Below are positions 8,185 through 17,139 of a stretch of DNA of 56,116 nucleotides, one piece after another. Each line of letters starts with the position of its first letter. Positions within the stretch are counted from its first letter, which is position 1. The position numbers and the translations under genes are program-made. The DNA comes from Elusimicrobiota bacterium (GTDB lineage Bacteria; Elusimicrobiota; Elusimicrobia; Elusimicrobiales; UBA9959): the NCBI GenBank assembly GCA_027340875.1, contig DAIENX010000076.1, positions 1 to 56,116 of the forward strand. The letters run 5' to 3'. The notes under the pieces were generated by a model, which was given only the letters and a program-made list of their open reading frames with translations, did not search any database and was not told the DNA's origin.

Positions 8185-10056
8185 CTATTCCTCGTCCTCG
8201 TAAACGTATTCGTATTCGTCCTCGGCGGCCGGCTTGGCCGCGGCTTTGGCCGGCTGGCGCTTGGGCTTGGCCGCCGCCTTGGCGGCGGGCTTGCGTGCCG
8301 CGGCGGCAGGCTTCCTGCCGGCCTGCGCGGCGCGTTTCGGCGCGCGTTTCTTCGCGGCGTCGGCGAACAGCGCTTTGGCCAGGTCATTGGCGGGTTCCAC
8401 GAGCTTCTTTTCCCGGTCCACCGTGAAGGCATAGACCAGGCTGGCCGTCTTGGAGGGGACCGTCGCGACTATGGAGTATTTGCCTCCATCCCCCAGCGAG
8501 ACGACCCAATTATCCACGCTGTAGGTGCCTCCTGACTTCTCGGCGCTTGCGGCCAGGGTGTTCTCCAGCGTCTCGCCGCTGTTCTTGAAGGCGAACGTCC
8601 TGGTTATATAGATCATCTCCGGCACGACTTCCGGCGGTATGGCTGGCGCCTTGGCCTCCTGCGCGGCCGGGGGTTGCTGCGCCGGGGCTTCCTGCTCCGG
8701 CTGTGTCTTGGCGGCCTGTTCCGGGGCCGGGGTTTCCTGGCCCGCGCCTTCCGCCGGCTGCTGCGCCGGGGCGCTTACGAAGGGAAGCTGGAAGGGGATG
8801 AACTTGGTGGCGTCGAAGATGCCGAAGTTCTTAAGTCCTATCACTGCGCCGAGCAGCACCGCCGCCAGCAGCACGAGCGTTACCACCAGCTTCAGCACCT
8901 TCTTGACGGCCATGCCGAGATTGGACTTCTTAGTGCCTTCGTCCTTTATCTCCTGCTTGGCGGTCTCCTTCTGCGGCTCCGGCTCCTTCTTCTTGTTCTC
9001 CGGCTCGCGCGCGGGCTGGACACCGAACACGGTTTCCGAGACCGGTTCCGGCTTCATCTCCGCCGGCTTTGCGGCCGCGGGGGGAGGTGCCTGCAGGTTC
9101 TTCTTCAGGTCCCCTACCGAGGTCTCCAGATAATAAAGCTTCTCCATTACCTGGCGCTGGAACTGGGAATCGCCGGACGAGGAGGCCGGCTGCAGGCTCA
9201 GCTGGTCCAGCTTCTGGCGGAGCGGAGAAACGGCCGCCTCCACGTCGTTCTTCGTGGCGGCGCTGCGGGAAAGCGCGTCCAGCTTCGCTATCAGGCGCTC
9301 CAGGCCGCCCACGTCCATGACGGGCTGGGCGGCAGGCTGCGGCGCTGCCGCTGGAGCGGCCTCCGGCGGGAACTGCGTCCTTACCGGTTCCTCTATCCGG
9401 GCAGGCTCCGGCACGGGCGCCGGGGCCTGCTGCGGCTCGGGGGCAGCGGCCTCCTGCGGGGGTATGGCGGCGCCGGAGGTCCTGGGCTCCAGAGAGATCT
9501 CGTCGTTCCTGGGAGACTGCGCTTCCTGGCCCGAGATGGTCTCGCCGCGCCTGACTATCTGCGAAAGGCTTATCGGGTCGAAAGCCGAGGAGGACTGCTG
9601 CGCAGGCTCCTGGGCCGGGGCCTGTTCCTGCGCCGGCTTCGGCGCGGGAGCGGGCTTGCTGCCGAAATGCGCGATTTCTATATTCCCTAGGCCGGGAGCA
9701 TGCGAGGACGGCGGGGCCGGGTCCACGCTCTGTCCGCCGCCGAGCTTCTTGAAACTGAGACTGACCGGCTCTATGGCCGGCTCCGCGAAAGGCTTCTTGG
9801 CCGGCTCCGGCTGCGCGGCGAGACCTGGGGCGGGGGCTTCCGCGGCAGGGGCCCGAGCTGGCGCCTGCTGTCCGGAGGCGGGGGCTCCGTCCCCGAGTTC
9901 GGGATAGGACGAGATCTCTTTCCAGTCGGCGGTCTTTTCGCCTACGGGCGTCTGGGGGCAGACCAGCAGGGAGGGTGAGTAGGCGGGAAGCTCCCGCAGC
10001 TGCTCCTTTTCGAAAGGGCCGAGTATCTCGTTATTGACGTACGCCCAATATTTCAT
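8185..10056 (-). CDS. Single-pass membrane protein with N-terminal GYF_2-like domain and Pro/Ala-rich linker
   Basis: MKYWAYVNNEILGPFEKEQL...LLVCP...DWKEISSYPEL resembles GYF_2; TM segment LVVTLVLLAAVLLGAVIGL; acidic Tyr-rich C-terminus. Confidence 0.75.
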   Translation of the reverse strand: MKYWAYVNNEILGPFEKEQLRELPAYSPSLLVCPQTPVGEKTADWKEISSYPELGDGAPASGQQAPARAPAAEAPAPGLAAQPEPAKKPFAEPAIEPVSLSFKKLGGGQSVDPAPPSSHAPGLGNIEIAHFGSKPAPAPKPAQEQAPAQEPAQQSSSAFDPISLSQIVRRGETISGQEAQSPRNDEISLEPRTSGAAIPPQEAAAPEPQQAPAPVPEPARIEEPVRTQFPPEAAPAAAPQPAAQPVMDVGGLERLIAKLDALSRSAATKNDVEAAVSPLRQKLDQLSLQPASSSGDSQFQRQVMEKLYYLETSVGDLKKNLQAPPPAAAKPAEMKPEPVSETVFGVQPAREPENKKKEPEPQKETAKQEIKDEGTKKSNLGMAVKKVLKLVVTLVLLAAVLLGAVIGLKNFGIFDATKFIPFQLPFVSAPAQQPAEGAGQETPAPEQAAKTQPEQEAPAQQPPAAQEAKAPAIPPEVVPEMIYITRTFAFKNSGETLENTLAASAEKSGGTYSVDNWVVSLGDGGKYSIVATVPSKTASLVYAFTVDREKKLVEPANDLAKALFADAAKKRAPKRAAQAGRKPAAAARKPAAKAAAKPKRQPAKAAAKPAAEDEYEYVYEDEE

Positions 10057-10241
10057 ATCGCCTTCCAGTCCCCGCCGGCCGCCGGCCGACCATGCAGGCC
10101 GCCCGCCGCGGGGATAACGATAGGATTAAGGAAATGACTAATGTCGCTCATAATTATACGGTTAAATTCTAGCGCCGCCCTGTTACAGAATTAATAACTA
10201 TTGGTTAAATCCTTGTGCGGGAGTTTTTGTATACTACAGGC

Positions 10242-11090
10242 ATGGACACCAGGATAGTGCGCCTTTTCATCTACATTTTTTCCGGCCTCATAGCGGCTTT
10301 CTCGCTGCTGATGCTGGCGAACTACCTGGGCACGCTGACCGGAGAGCGCACGGAGCGCGCGGAGGTGGGGGAGCAGCAGGAGGATGACCCCAGGGCCATG
10401 GCCGGACAGGCCATAGCGGCCGCGCGGGCCGCCAGCCGCAGCGGCTCGCAGTACATCCCCTTCAGGACAGGCCTCTCGACTTCCGCCGCCGTGACCTCGG
10501 TGGGTGGGATAAGGCTGGTGAAGGACCAGGATTTCAACGGCGTGGCGGAGAAGCCGCAGGGCATGATGGACATGCTAAACGAGATGGGCGGCGGCAAGAA
10601 GAAGCCGGCCCCGGTGAAGCTGGAGGATTCCGACCTGGACCGCAAAATGCGCAAGATAGGCGAGGACCCGGCGGAACAGAAGCTGAAGGCCGCGGCGATG
10701 CCGGAACTGGGCCGGGGCGGCGGCCAGGAGGGCGTCACGTTACTGACGGCCCCTGTGGATTTCAAGGTGTTCAAGAGCTCCGAGACCTGGTGGGCCTTCG
10801 CCAATTCGCACAAATGCCGCTCCGACCTGCAGTCCGCGTCCGTCGGACCGCGCGGCGTCCCTTCCCCGGATTTCTCGCGGGAGCGCGTGCTGGTGCTGGT
10901 CTCGGTGTCGGACCTGCCGAACGGCATATTCCGGATAACTGCGGTGAGCGCCGCCGGCGGCAAGGTGGTGGTCAGCTACAGGGTCGACCCGATGGCCATG
11001 TCGGCCGGAAACTACGAGCCGCAGCACGACTTCTACTCCGCTTCCGCGATCCCCGCCAGGGGCGAAGTGAAGCTCTCGCAGGTGCCCTGA
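10242..11090 (+). CDS. Membrane-anchored hypothetical protein with PrcB C-terminal-like domain
   Basis: N-terminal TM helix; PDFSRERVLVLV...GIFRITAV...KVVVSY pattern. Confidence 0.6.
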   Translation: MDTRIVRLFIYIFSGLIAAFSLLMLANYLGTLTGERTERAEVGEQQEDDPRAMAGQAIAAARAASRSGSQYIPFRTGLSTSAAVTSVGGIRLVKDQDFNGVAEKPQGMMDMLNEMGGGKKKPAPVKLEDSDLDRKMRKIGEDPAEQKLKAAAMPELGRGGGQEGVTLLTAPVDFKVFKSSETWWAFANSHKCRSDLQSASVGPRGVPSPDFSRERVLVLVSVSDLPNGIFRITAVSAAGGKVVVSYRVDPMAMSAGNYEPQHDFYSASAIPARGEVKLSQVP

Positions 11091-11097
11091 GAGGGGC

Positions 11098-11709
11098 TCA
11101 GATCTTCCGGCGGAAGAAACCGCTTCTGCCGGCCTCTTCCTCGAATCCCATCTTCCTCAGGTAAGCGGCGTGCTTCTCCGAGGCGGCCGCGGCCGTGAAC
11201 GTCGCGAAACCGACGAACGCCCCGCCGCCGCGCGTGCTGTTGAACAGGAAGCGCGCGCTTTTCAGGTCGCGGTAGTCCTCGGAGACATAGTCCAGGTGCA
11301 CGCGGACGTCGGTCCCTTCCTCGGTGTAGACGAAGAGCCCCACCGGCAGCAGGTTGCGCAGGATGAAGACGCACCGGGGCGATCTGAGCGCCGACAGGTC
11401 GAAGTCGGGGAAATACTGCCAGATACCGCGGGCGTGATAGGACAGGAAATTGGAAAGCAGCGGGTCCCGCTCCCCCACCGGCATCAGCCTGAACACGTCC
11501 TTCTTGGACTTCAGCGCTATGATGTGCCAGAGGTCTATGCCCGCCACGAACAGGTTCACCGCGAATACCGGCCAGGCCTTTACCAGCGCCCCGTACAGGA
11601 CGAAGGCGAGAGCTCCCGCCAGGTTCAGGACCCGCAGGCGCAGCACGTTGCTGGTCAGCAGCGACAGCGCAACCAGCGCCGAGGCGGCGTAGCCTATCAG
11701 CTCAGCCAC
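11098..11709 (-). CDS. YgjV-like membrane protein with soluble C-terminal domain
   Basis: IGYAASALVALSL...LRLRVLNLAGALAFVLYG hydrophobic N-terminus; overlaps pdxA stop. Confidence 0.65.
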   Translation of the reverse strand: MAELIGYAASALVALSLLTSNVLRLRVLNLAGALAFVLYGALVKAWPVFAVNLFVAGIDLWHIIALKSKKDVFRLMPVGERDPLLSNFLSYHARGIWQYFPDFDLSALRSPRCVFILRNLLPVGLFVYTEEGTDVRVHLDYVSEDYRDLKSARFLFNSTRGGGAFVGFATFTAAAASEKHAAYLRKMGFEEEAGRSGFFRRKI

Positions 11710-12640
11710 GGGCCCTCCCGGCAGCCAGCCCGGCCGCGAAGGCGATAGCCGCCGCCATGCTCGACGCGTCCGCCCTGCCCTTCCAGGCTATATCGAAGGC
11801 GGTGCCGTGCGTCGGCGAGGTGCGGATGAAAGGCAGGCCCCAGGTCCAGTGCACGGCCGGGCCGCCGCAGGGTGCCACCTTCAGCGGGGCCAGCGCCTGG
11901 TCGTGGTAGAGGCAGAGAAGGCCGTCGCTTTCGCCGGCCAGGTGCGAGGCCCAGGCGGCGTCGGACGGCAGCGGGCCGTTCACGCGCAGGCCCCGGCGCC
12001 GCAGCTCGCGGGCTGCCGGCCTCAGCGTCGAGATCTCCTCGCGGCCGATCACGCCGCCGTCGCCGGCGTGCGGGTTCAGCGCGCAGAGCGCTATGCGGGG
12101 CTCCCCGTGCCCCAGCGCCCGCAGCGCGGAACGGAAAAGCAAAGCCTTCTCCTTCACCAGCGCCTTCGTCAGGAGGCGGGGCAGGTCGCGCAGGGGCGCG
12201 TGCTCGGTCACCAGCGCGGCGTTGACGCGGCCGCGGGAGAAGAGCATCAGCGGCTCGCGCTTCTCCAGGAGCCGGAAAAGGTCGGTGTGGGCGGGGGCGG
12301 GGGCTCCTGCCAGGGTCCAGGCCTCTTTTGAGACGGGCGCGGTGACCATGGCGCCGAACGCGCCTTCCTTCAGCAGGCGTACCGCTCCCAGCACGGCTTT
12401 AAGCGAGGCCGCTCCGCCGGCGGCGGTGGGGCGGGGCCTGCCGGAGGCTCCTGCCGCGGCGTCGCAGGGTATCAGCGGGCAGAGGGAGGTTGTCCAGCCG
12501 GCGCGCCGCATGGCGGCGGTGTCCCCTATCACGGCGGGCAGGCAGCTGCGCCGTACGGCGGGGCTGCGCAGGGCCTTGACGGTTATCTCCGGCCCTATGC
12601 CTAAAGGGTCTCCCGCGGTTATCAGTATCGACGGTTTCAT
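11702..12640 (-). CDS. pdxA: 4-hydroxythreonine-4-phosphate dehydrogenase (PdxA family)
   Basis: GDPLGIGPEI, LNPHAGDGG, YHDQAL, GLPFIRTSPTHGTAFDIA motifs; follows surA. Confidence 0.93.
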   Translation of the reverse strand: MKPSILITAGDPLGIGPEITVKALRSPAVRRSCLPAVIGDTAAMRRAGWTTSLCPLIPCDAAAGASGRPRPTAAGGAASLKAVLGAVRLLKEGAFGAMVTAPVSKEAWTLAGAPAPAHTDLFRLLEKREPLMLFSRGRVNAALVTEHAPLRDLPRLLTKALVKEKALLFRSALRALGHGEPRIALCALNPHAGDGGVIGREEISTLRPAARELRRRGLRVNGPLPSDAAWASHLAGESDGLLCLYHDQALAPLKVAPCGGPAVHWTWGLPFIRTSPTHGTAFDIAWKGRADASSMAAAIAFAAGLAAGRARG

Positions 12641-12650
12641 TATCAGCGGT

Positions 12651-12691
12651 AAAAAAACGGCCACGGGAGGGTCGCGCCTTCCCGTGGCCGT
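12651..12691 (-). terminator. Intrinsic terminator after surA
   Basis: Minus strand CACGGCCACGGGAAGG...CCTCCCGTGGCCGTTTTTTT. Confidence 0.7.
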
Positions 12692-12703
12692 GCTGCGGGT
12701 GGC

Positions 12704-13804
12704 TTACTTGTCCTTCTTGTCCGCGAAGATCTGGATCTTGGCGTCCTTCCGGAGCTCCTTGACGTACTTGCCGAGCTCCTCGGCGAAGGCGTTCTGCGAC
12801 ATCAGCTGCTCCAGGTCGTCCCTGACGGCCTCGAAGCGCAGCTTCTGCTCCGCGCGCTTCTCCTCGAGACGCAGGATGTGCCAGCCGAACTTGGACTTTA
12901 TAGGGGCGGAGTTCTCGCCCACTTGCAGCTTGAAAGCGGCGCTCTCCACCTCCTCCGGCAGCATTCCTTTCACCACGTAGCCGATGTCGCCGGCGCGGGC
13001 GGCGCTCTCCTTGACGTCGGAATCCTTCTCGGCCAGCTAGCCGAAGTCGGCCCCGGAGTCGAGCTGCTTCTTTATCGAGGCGGCCTTGTCGGCGGCCGCC
13101 TTCTGCTCGGCCTCGGTGGCGCCCTCCTTGACCTCGACCAGTATGTGGCGCAGGCGCAGGCGCTCGGCGGTCAGCTCCCTGAACTTGCCTGCTACGGCCA
13201 TCAGGTCCTGTTTTTCCTCGTCGCTCATACCCTTCACATCGTCGGCCTTGCCCTTCAGCACCAGGACTATGTCGTCGAAGTACTTCCTGACGTCGTCGTC
13301 GCCTGGCATCTTGGCGCGGGCCTTCACGGTCTCCTGCACGAGCTTTTGGACCATCAGTTGCTTGCGGATCCGCTCCCGGAACTCGTCCATCGTGACGCCT
13401 TCCTTGCGCAGCTCCGCCTGGAAGGCCTCCTCGGCCTTGTCGGTGGAGAGTGCGGCGCCTTCGGGCGAACGTGTGAAGCGCTTGCGGATCTCGGCCACGC
13501 CGTTCTCCAGTTCGCGCTCGTAGACCTTCAGTTTCATCGACTCGGCCTTCTGGCGGAGCAGGGCCTCGTCGACCAGTTTGTCGAGCGCGGCCTTCTCCAG
13601 CTGGGCCTCCGCGTCCTTCTGCTTGAAGAAGTCCGGCATCGCCGCCGCGTACTGCTCTGTCAGCGCGTCCTTGGCCTTGTTGTACTCGGACATAGTGACG
13701 GGTTCGTTGTTCACCCGCGCCGCCAGGTCCTCCACGACCTTGGCCTCCGCGGGGACGGACGCGGCCAGCAGGGCCGCGGCCAGAAAGCTATTTATACTGT
13801 TCAT
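12704..13804 (-). pseudogene. surA: SurA-like chaperone/PpiC-type PPIase interrupted by one in-frame TAG (13037-13039)
   Basis: SurA N-domain then ...HILV...SGADFG*LAEKDSDVKESAARAGDIGYVVKGMLPEEVESAAF...SKFGWHIL in one continuous frame. Confidence 0.8.
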
Positions 13805-14591
13805 CTAGGACCTCCACCTTGTTCTTCTCCTGGAACTTGGCCAGGTAGTCGTCGAACTTCTTCTTCTCCAGGATCTTGCGTATGCGGTCCGTGGAGGAGG
13901 CGAAGTCCGCCTTCTCCTGGCCCAGCTTCTTCAGGATATGGAAGCCCATGGCCGTCTTTACGATGCCTTGGGTCTCCCCTACCTTCATCTTGAAGGCCAT
14001 GTCCTCGAGCTCCGGCATGAACTCGCCGTACATGACCGGAGGCAGCCGCACCGCGTCCTTGTCCATCGAGTATTCCTTGGCCGTCTTGTCGAAGTCGGCG
14101 CCGGCCTTAAGCTTCTTCATGACCTTGTCCGCCTCCTCGTAGCTGGGCATCAGGATGTGCGCCAGCCTGACCTTGTAGGGGTATTTCTCGTAATACTCCT
14201 TGATCTCGTCCTCGGTCACCTTCAGCTCCCCGTTGCGCAGGGCCTCTATCCACATGCGCGTCAGCAGGAAATCCTTGTAAGAGGCGAAGTCCTTCTTCAT
14301 CTCGGCTTCTTTATCGCGGATGCGGGCCTTGTAGTCGTCCCCGGAGGCGACCTTGCTGCCGCGCGCCGCTATCAGCATCAGTCGCTCGTGTATCAGCACG
14401 TCCAGGAACTGCTTGCGGCCGGCCTTGGAGGAGAGGTACTCCTGCGCGGCGGGGCTGATCTCGGAGAGTTTCTCCTCGAAGTAGCCTTCTGTTATCTTCT
14501 CGGGGCCCACGCGGGCCAGTACCTTGTCGTCCTGACGCGAACAGGCGGCAAGGGCCGCCGCGGCCAGGACCAGGGTGATGGTCTTTTTCAT
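13788..14591 (-). CDS. PpiC/PrsA-type peptidyl-prolyl isomerase lipoprotein
   Basis: Lipobox LAAC; LAHIL, GADFDKTAKEYS, VKTAMGFHILK motifs. Confidence 0.9.
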   Translation of the reverse strand: MKKTITLVLAAAALAACSRQDDKVLARVGPEKITEGYFEEKLSEISPAAQEYLSSKAGRKQFLDVLIHERLMLIAARGSKVASGDDYKARIRDKEAEMKKDFASYKDFLLTRMWIEALRNGELKVTEDEIKEYYEKYPYKVRLAHILMPSYEEADKVMKKLKAGADFDKTAKEYSMDKDAVRLPPVMYGEFMPELEDMAFKMKVGETQGIVKTAMGFHILKKLGQEKADFASSTDRIRKILEKKKFDDYLAKFQEKNKVEVLDEQYK

Positions 14592-14688
14592 ATCAATACG
14601 AATGTATCATTTTACCCGGAGCGGTATCAAAGCAGGCGCGCCGGGGCCGGTTTTGCCTTCAGGGGGCATAAACTATATAATTAAGTGG

Positions 14689-16857
14689 ATGAAATTCGTA
14701 AAGGACTTCCTGGACTATCTGGACGGGCTCTCGGCCCGCGAGCTGGTCCTGAAGGCGGTCTACCTGATCGGCATCGTCTCCGCCGCCGCCGTGCTGACGG
14801 CCGCGGTGCTGATGCGCAAGATCCTCTCGGACATCCCGTCGGTGGACAAGCTGGACGAATACACTCCTTCGCTGACCACCTACGTCTACGACATCAACAA
14901 CAACGTCATAGCCGAGTTCTCGGTGGAGAAGCGCGCGATCCTGCCGTTGAACAAGATCCCGGTGGACATGCAGAACGCGGTCATCGCGATGGAAGACCAG
15001 AACTTCTTCCGCCACTGGGGCATCTCGCCGCGCGGCATAGCCCGCGCGCTGATGCGCGACATCCTTCACCGCCGCACCGCGCAGGGCGGCTCCACGCTGA
15101 CGCAGCAGCTCTCCAAGAACATCTTCCTCGAGCGTTCCAAGACCATAACCAGGAAGATAAAGGAGATGGTGCTGGCCCTGCAGATAGAGCGCAACTTCTC
15201 CAAGCAGGAGATACTCGCGTTGTACCTGAACCAGATCTACTTCGGCTCCGGGGTGTACGGCGTGCAGTCCGCGGCCCGGCTCTATTTCGGCAAGGACGTC
15301 TCGGAGATGACGCTGGGGGAATGCGCGCTGCTGACCGGCCTGATCCCCAACCCGGCGCGCTTCTCCCCGTTCGCCCATCCGGATACGGCCCGGTTGCGCC
15401 GCCGCTTGGTGCTGCAACGAATGAAGGACGAGGGGTACGTCACCGCCGAAGAGGTCAAGACCGCCGAGGCCGAGCCGATACCCGACGAGAAGTTCTCGAT
15501 GCATTCCGGTCACGCGGCCTACTTCGTGGAGTATATCCGCCAGCAGCTGGAGCCCAAGTACGGCACCGCCCAGCTGTGGAAGGGCGGCATGAAGATCTAC
15601 ACCACGCTGGACCTGTCCATGCAGATACCCGCCGAGGAGGGCATGGAGCGCAACCTGGCCAAGTACGACCAGGTGGCCGCGGACGCGCGCGCGGCCCAGC
15701 AGAAGGCGGAGCAGGAGGAGGACAAGGAGAAGGGCGCGGAGGACGAAGAGGGTAAGGACACGGCCGCGGCTTCCTCCGCCACGCTTCAGGGCGCTTTCGT
15801 CATACTGGACACCAAGACCGGGGCCATCAAGGCCATGATAGGCGGGCGCGACTTCCAGACCACCAAGTTCAACAGGGTCACGCAGGCAGCGCGGCAGGCC
15901 GGCTCCACGTTCAAACCCTTCGTCTGGATGTCCGCGCTGCTGAGCGGCTACACGCCGGCGAGCATGATAGAGGACTCGCCGATGGCCTACTACAACGACG
16001 GCAAGGACTGGCGCCTGCTGGAAGGCGCCACCGACCAGTACGCCATAGACCTGGCCGTGCAGCCGTTCGTCGGCAACAAGGATTTCCAGATCTGGGTGCC
16101 GAACGATTTCGACGGCAAGTTCCTGGGCAGGATAACCCTGCGCCACGCGCTGGAGCAGTCCCGCAACCTGGCCTCTATCTACCTGGTGACGCACGTAGGC
16201 CCCACGCTGGTGGCGGACGTGGCGCACCGGGCCGGGGTCAAGCACAACCTGGAGGCGGTGCCCTCCATCGGCCTGGGCACGTCGGGGGTGAACCCGCTGG
16301 AGATGGCCAGCGCCTTCTCCACGTTCGCCAACGGCGGCATCCATGCCGAGCCGTTCGCCGTGCTGCGCGTGACGGACAACCAGGGGCGCGTGCTCGAGGA
16401 GTCCGTGCCCGAGGAAACGGAGGCCTTCTCGCCGCAGCTCTCCTACGTGCTGGTCAACATGATGAAGGGCGTCATCCAGCGCGGCACCGGCATCAAGGCC
16501 TCCACGCTGAAGCGCCCGCTGGCCGGCAAGACCGGCACCAGCCAGGACGCCAAGGACATGTGGTTCATCGGCATGACGCCGGACCTGACCGCCGCCTCCT
16601 GGATGGGCTACGACGACTTCGCCTCGATACCGGTAAAGGACTGGAGCAGCTCCCTGGCGGTGACCTGGTGGACGGACATCATGGCCAGCGTGTTCAAGAA
16701 CCAGCCGGTGCGCGATTTCCCGGTGCCCGACGGCATAGTCTTCGTCACGGTGGACCAGGAGACGGGCAAACTGGCGCTGCCCACCTGCAAGAAGAAGATA
16801 CTCGAAGCCTTCGTGAAGGGCACGGAGCCAAAGGAATTCTGCGACGCGCAGCACTGA
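14689..16857 (+). CDS. mrcA: Penicillin-binding protein 1A (transglycosylase/transpeptidase)
   Basis: EDQNF, QGGSTLTQQL, RKIKE, STFK (SxxK), SRN, KTGT motifs. Confidence 0.93.
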   Translation: MKFVKDFLDYLDGLSARELVLKAVYLIGIVSAAAVLTAAVLMRKILSDIPSVDKLDEYTPSLTTYVYDINNNVIAEFSVEKRAILPLNKIPVDMQNAVIAMEDQNFFRHWGISPRGIARALMRDILHRRTAQGGSTLTQQLSKNIFLERSKTITRKIKEMVLALQIERNFSKQEILALYLNQIYFGSGVYGVQSAARLYFGKDVSEMTLGECALLTGLIPNPARFSPFAHPDTARLRRRLVLQRMKDEGYVTAEEVKTAEAEPIPDEKFSMHSGHAAYFVEYIRQQLEPKYGTAQLWKGGMKIYTTLDLSMQIPAEEGMERNLAKYDQVAADARAAQQKAEQEEDKEKGAEDEEGKDTAAASSATLQGAFVILDTKTGAIKAMIGGRDFQTTKFNRVTQAARQAGSTFKPFVWMSALLSGYTPASMIEDSPMAYYNDGKDWRLLEGATDQYAIDLAVQPFVGNKDFQIWVPNDFDGKFLGRITLRHALEQSRNLASIYLVTHVGPTLVADVAHRAGVKHNLEAVPSIGLGTSGVNPLEMASAFSTFANGGIHAEPFAVLRVTDNQGRVLEESVPEETEAFSPQLSYVLVNMMKGVIQRGTGIKASTLKRPLAGKTGTSQDAKDMWFIGMTPDLTAASWMGYDDFASIPVKDWSSSLAVTWWTDIMASVFKNQPVRDFPVPDGIVFVTVDQETGKLALPTCKKKILEAFVKGTEPKEFCDAQH

Positions 16858-16883
16858 GCCGCCGCGCATTCCCGCAAAGTGTA

Positions 16884-16917
16884 AAACCGCCGGCTCCCGC
16901 CGGCGGTTCCTTTTTTG
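16884..16917 (+). terminator. Intrinsic terminator after PBP1A
   Basis: AACCGCCGGC-TCCC-GCCGGCGGTT-CC-TTTTTT. Confidence 0.8.
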
Positions 16918-16941
16918 ATACTTTGAGGAGCGTTTTGCGAA

Positions 16942-17135
16942 TAGGCCTGCCCGCCCGGCCGGAAAGCGTGTTGTGCGCGGGTGACGGCGGATTTGACGAG
17001 GCAGGACCTCGCGCAGGCCGACGCTTGCGAAGCGCGGAGGCCGAGTGAAGAGGCGCGCGAACGGTGTTCGCGACGCCGTGCCTGACGAGTCAAACCGCCG
17101 TCAGGCCCCGCGCATTGGGCGGCCGTGCGGGCCTA
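16942..17135. repeat. Structured intergenic element, copy D (inverted relative to A and C)
   Basis: Arms TGACGGCGGATTTGAC/GTCAAACCGCCGTCA; core 17002-17084, reverse complement GGCG-TC-GCGA-ACACCGT-TCGC-G-CGCC-TCTTCAC...GCGCTTCGCAAGCG. Confidence 0.8.
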
Positions 17136-17139
17136 AGGG

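Noticed and set aside
13037..13039. Genome-wide TAG reassignment
   Set aside because: TAG ends several full-length genes here (mnmA, phoR, phoU, alaS, second GGDEF)
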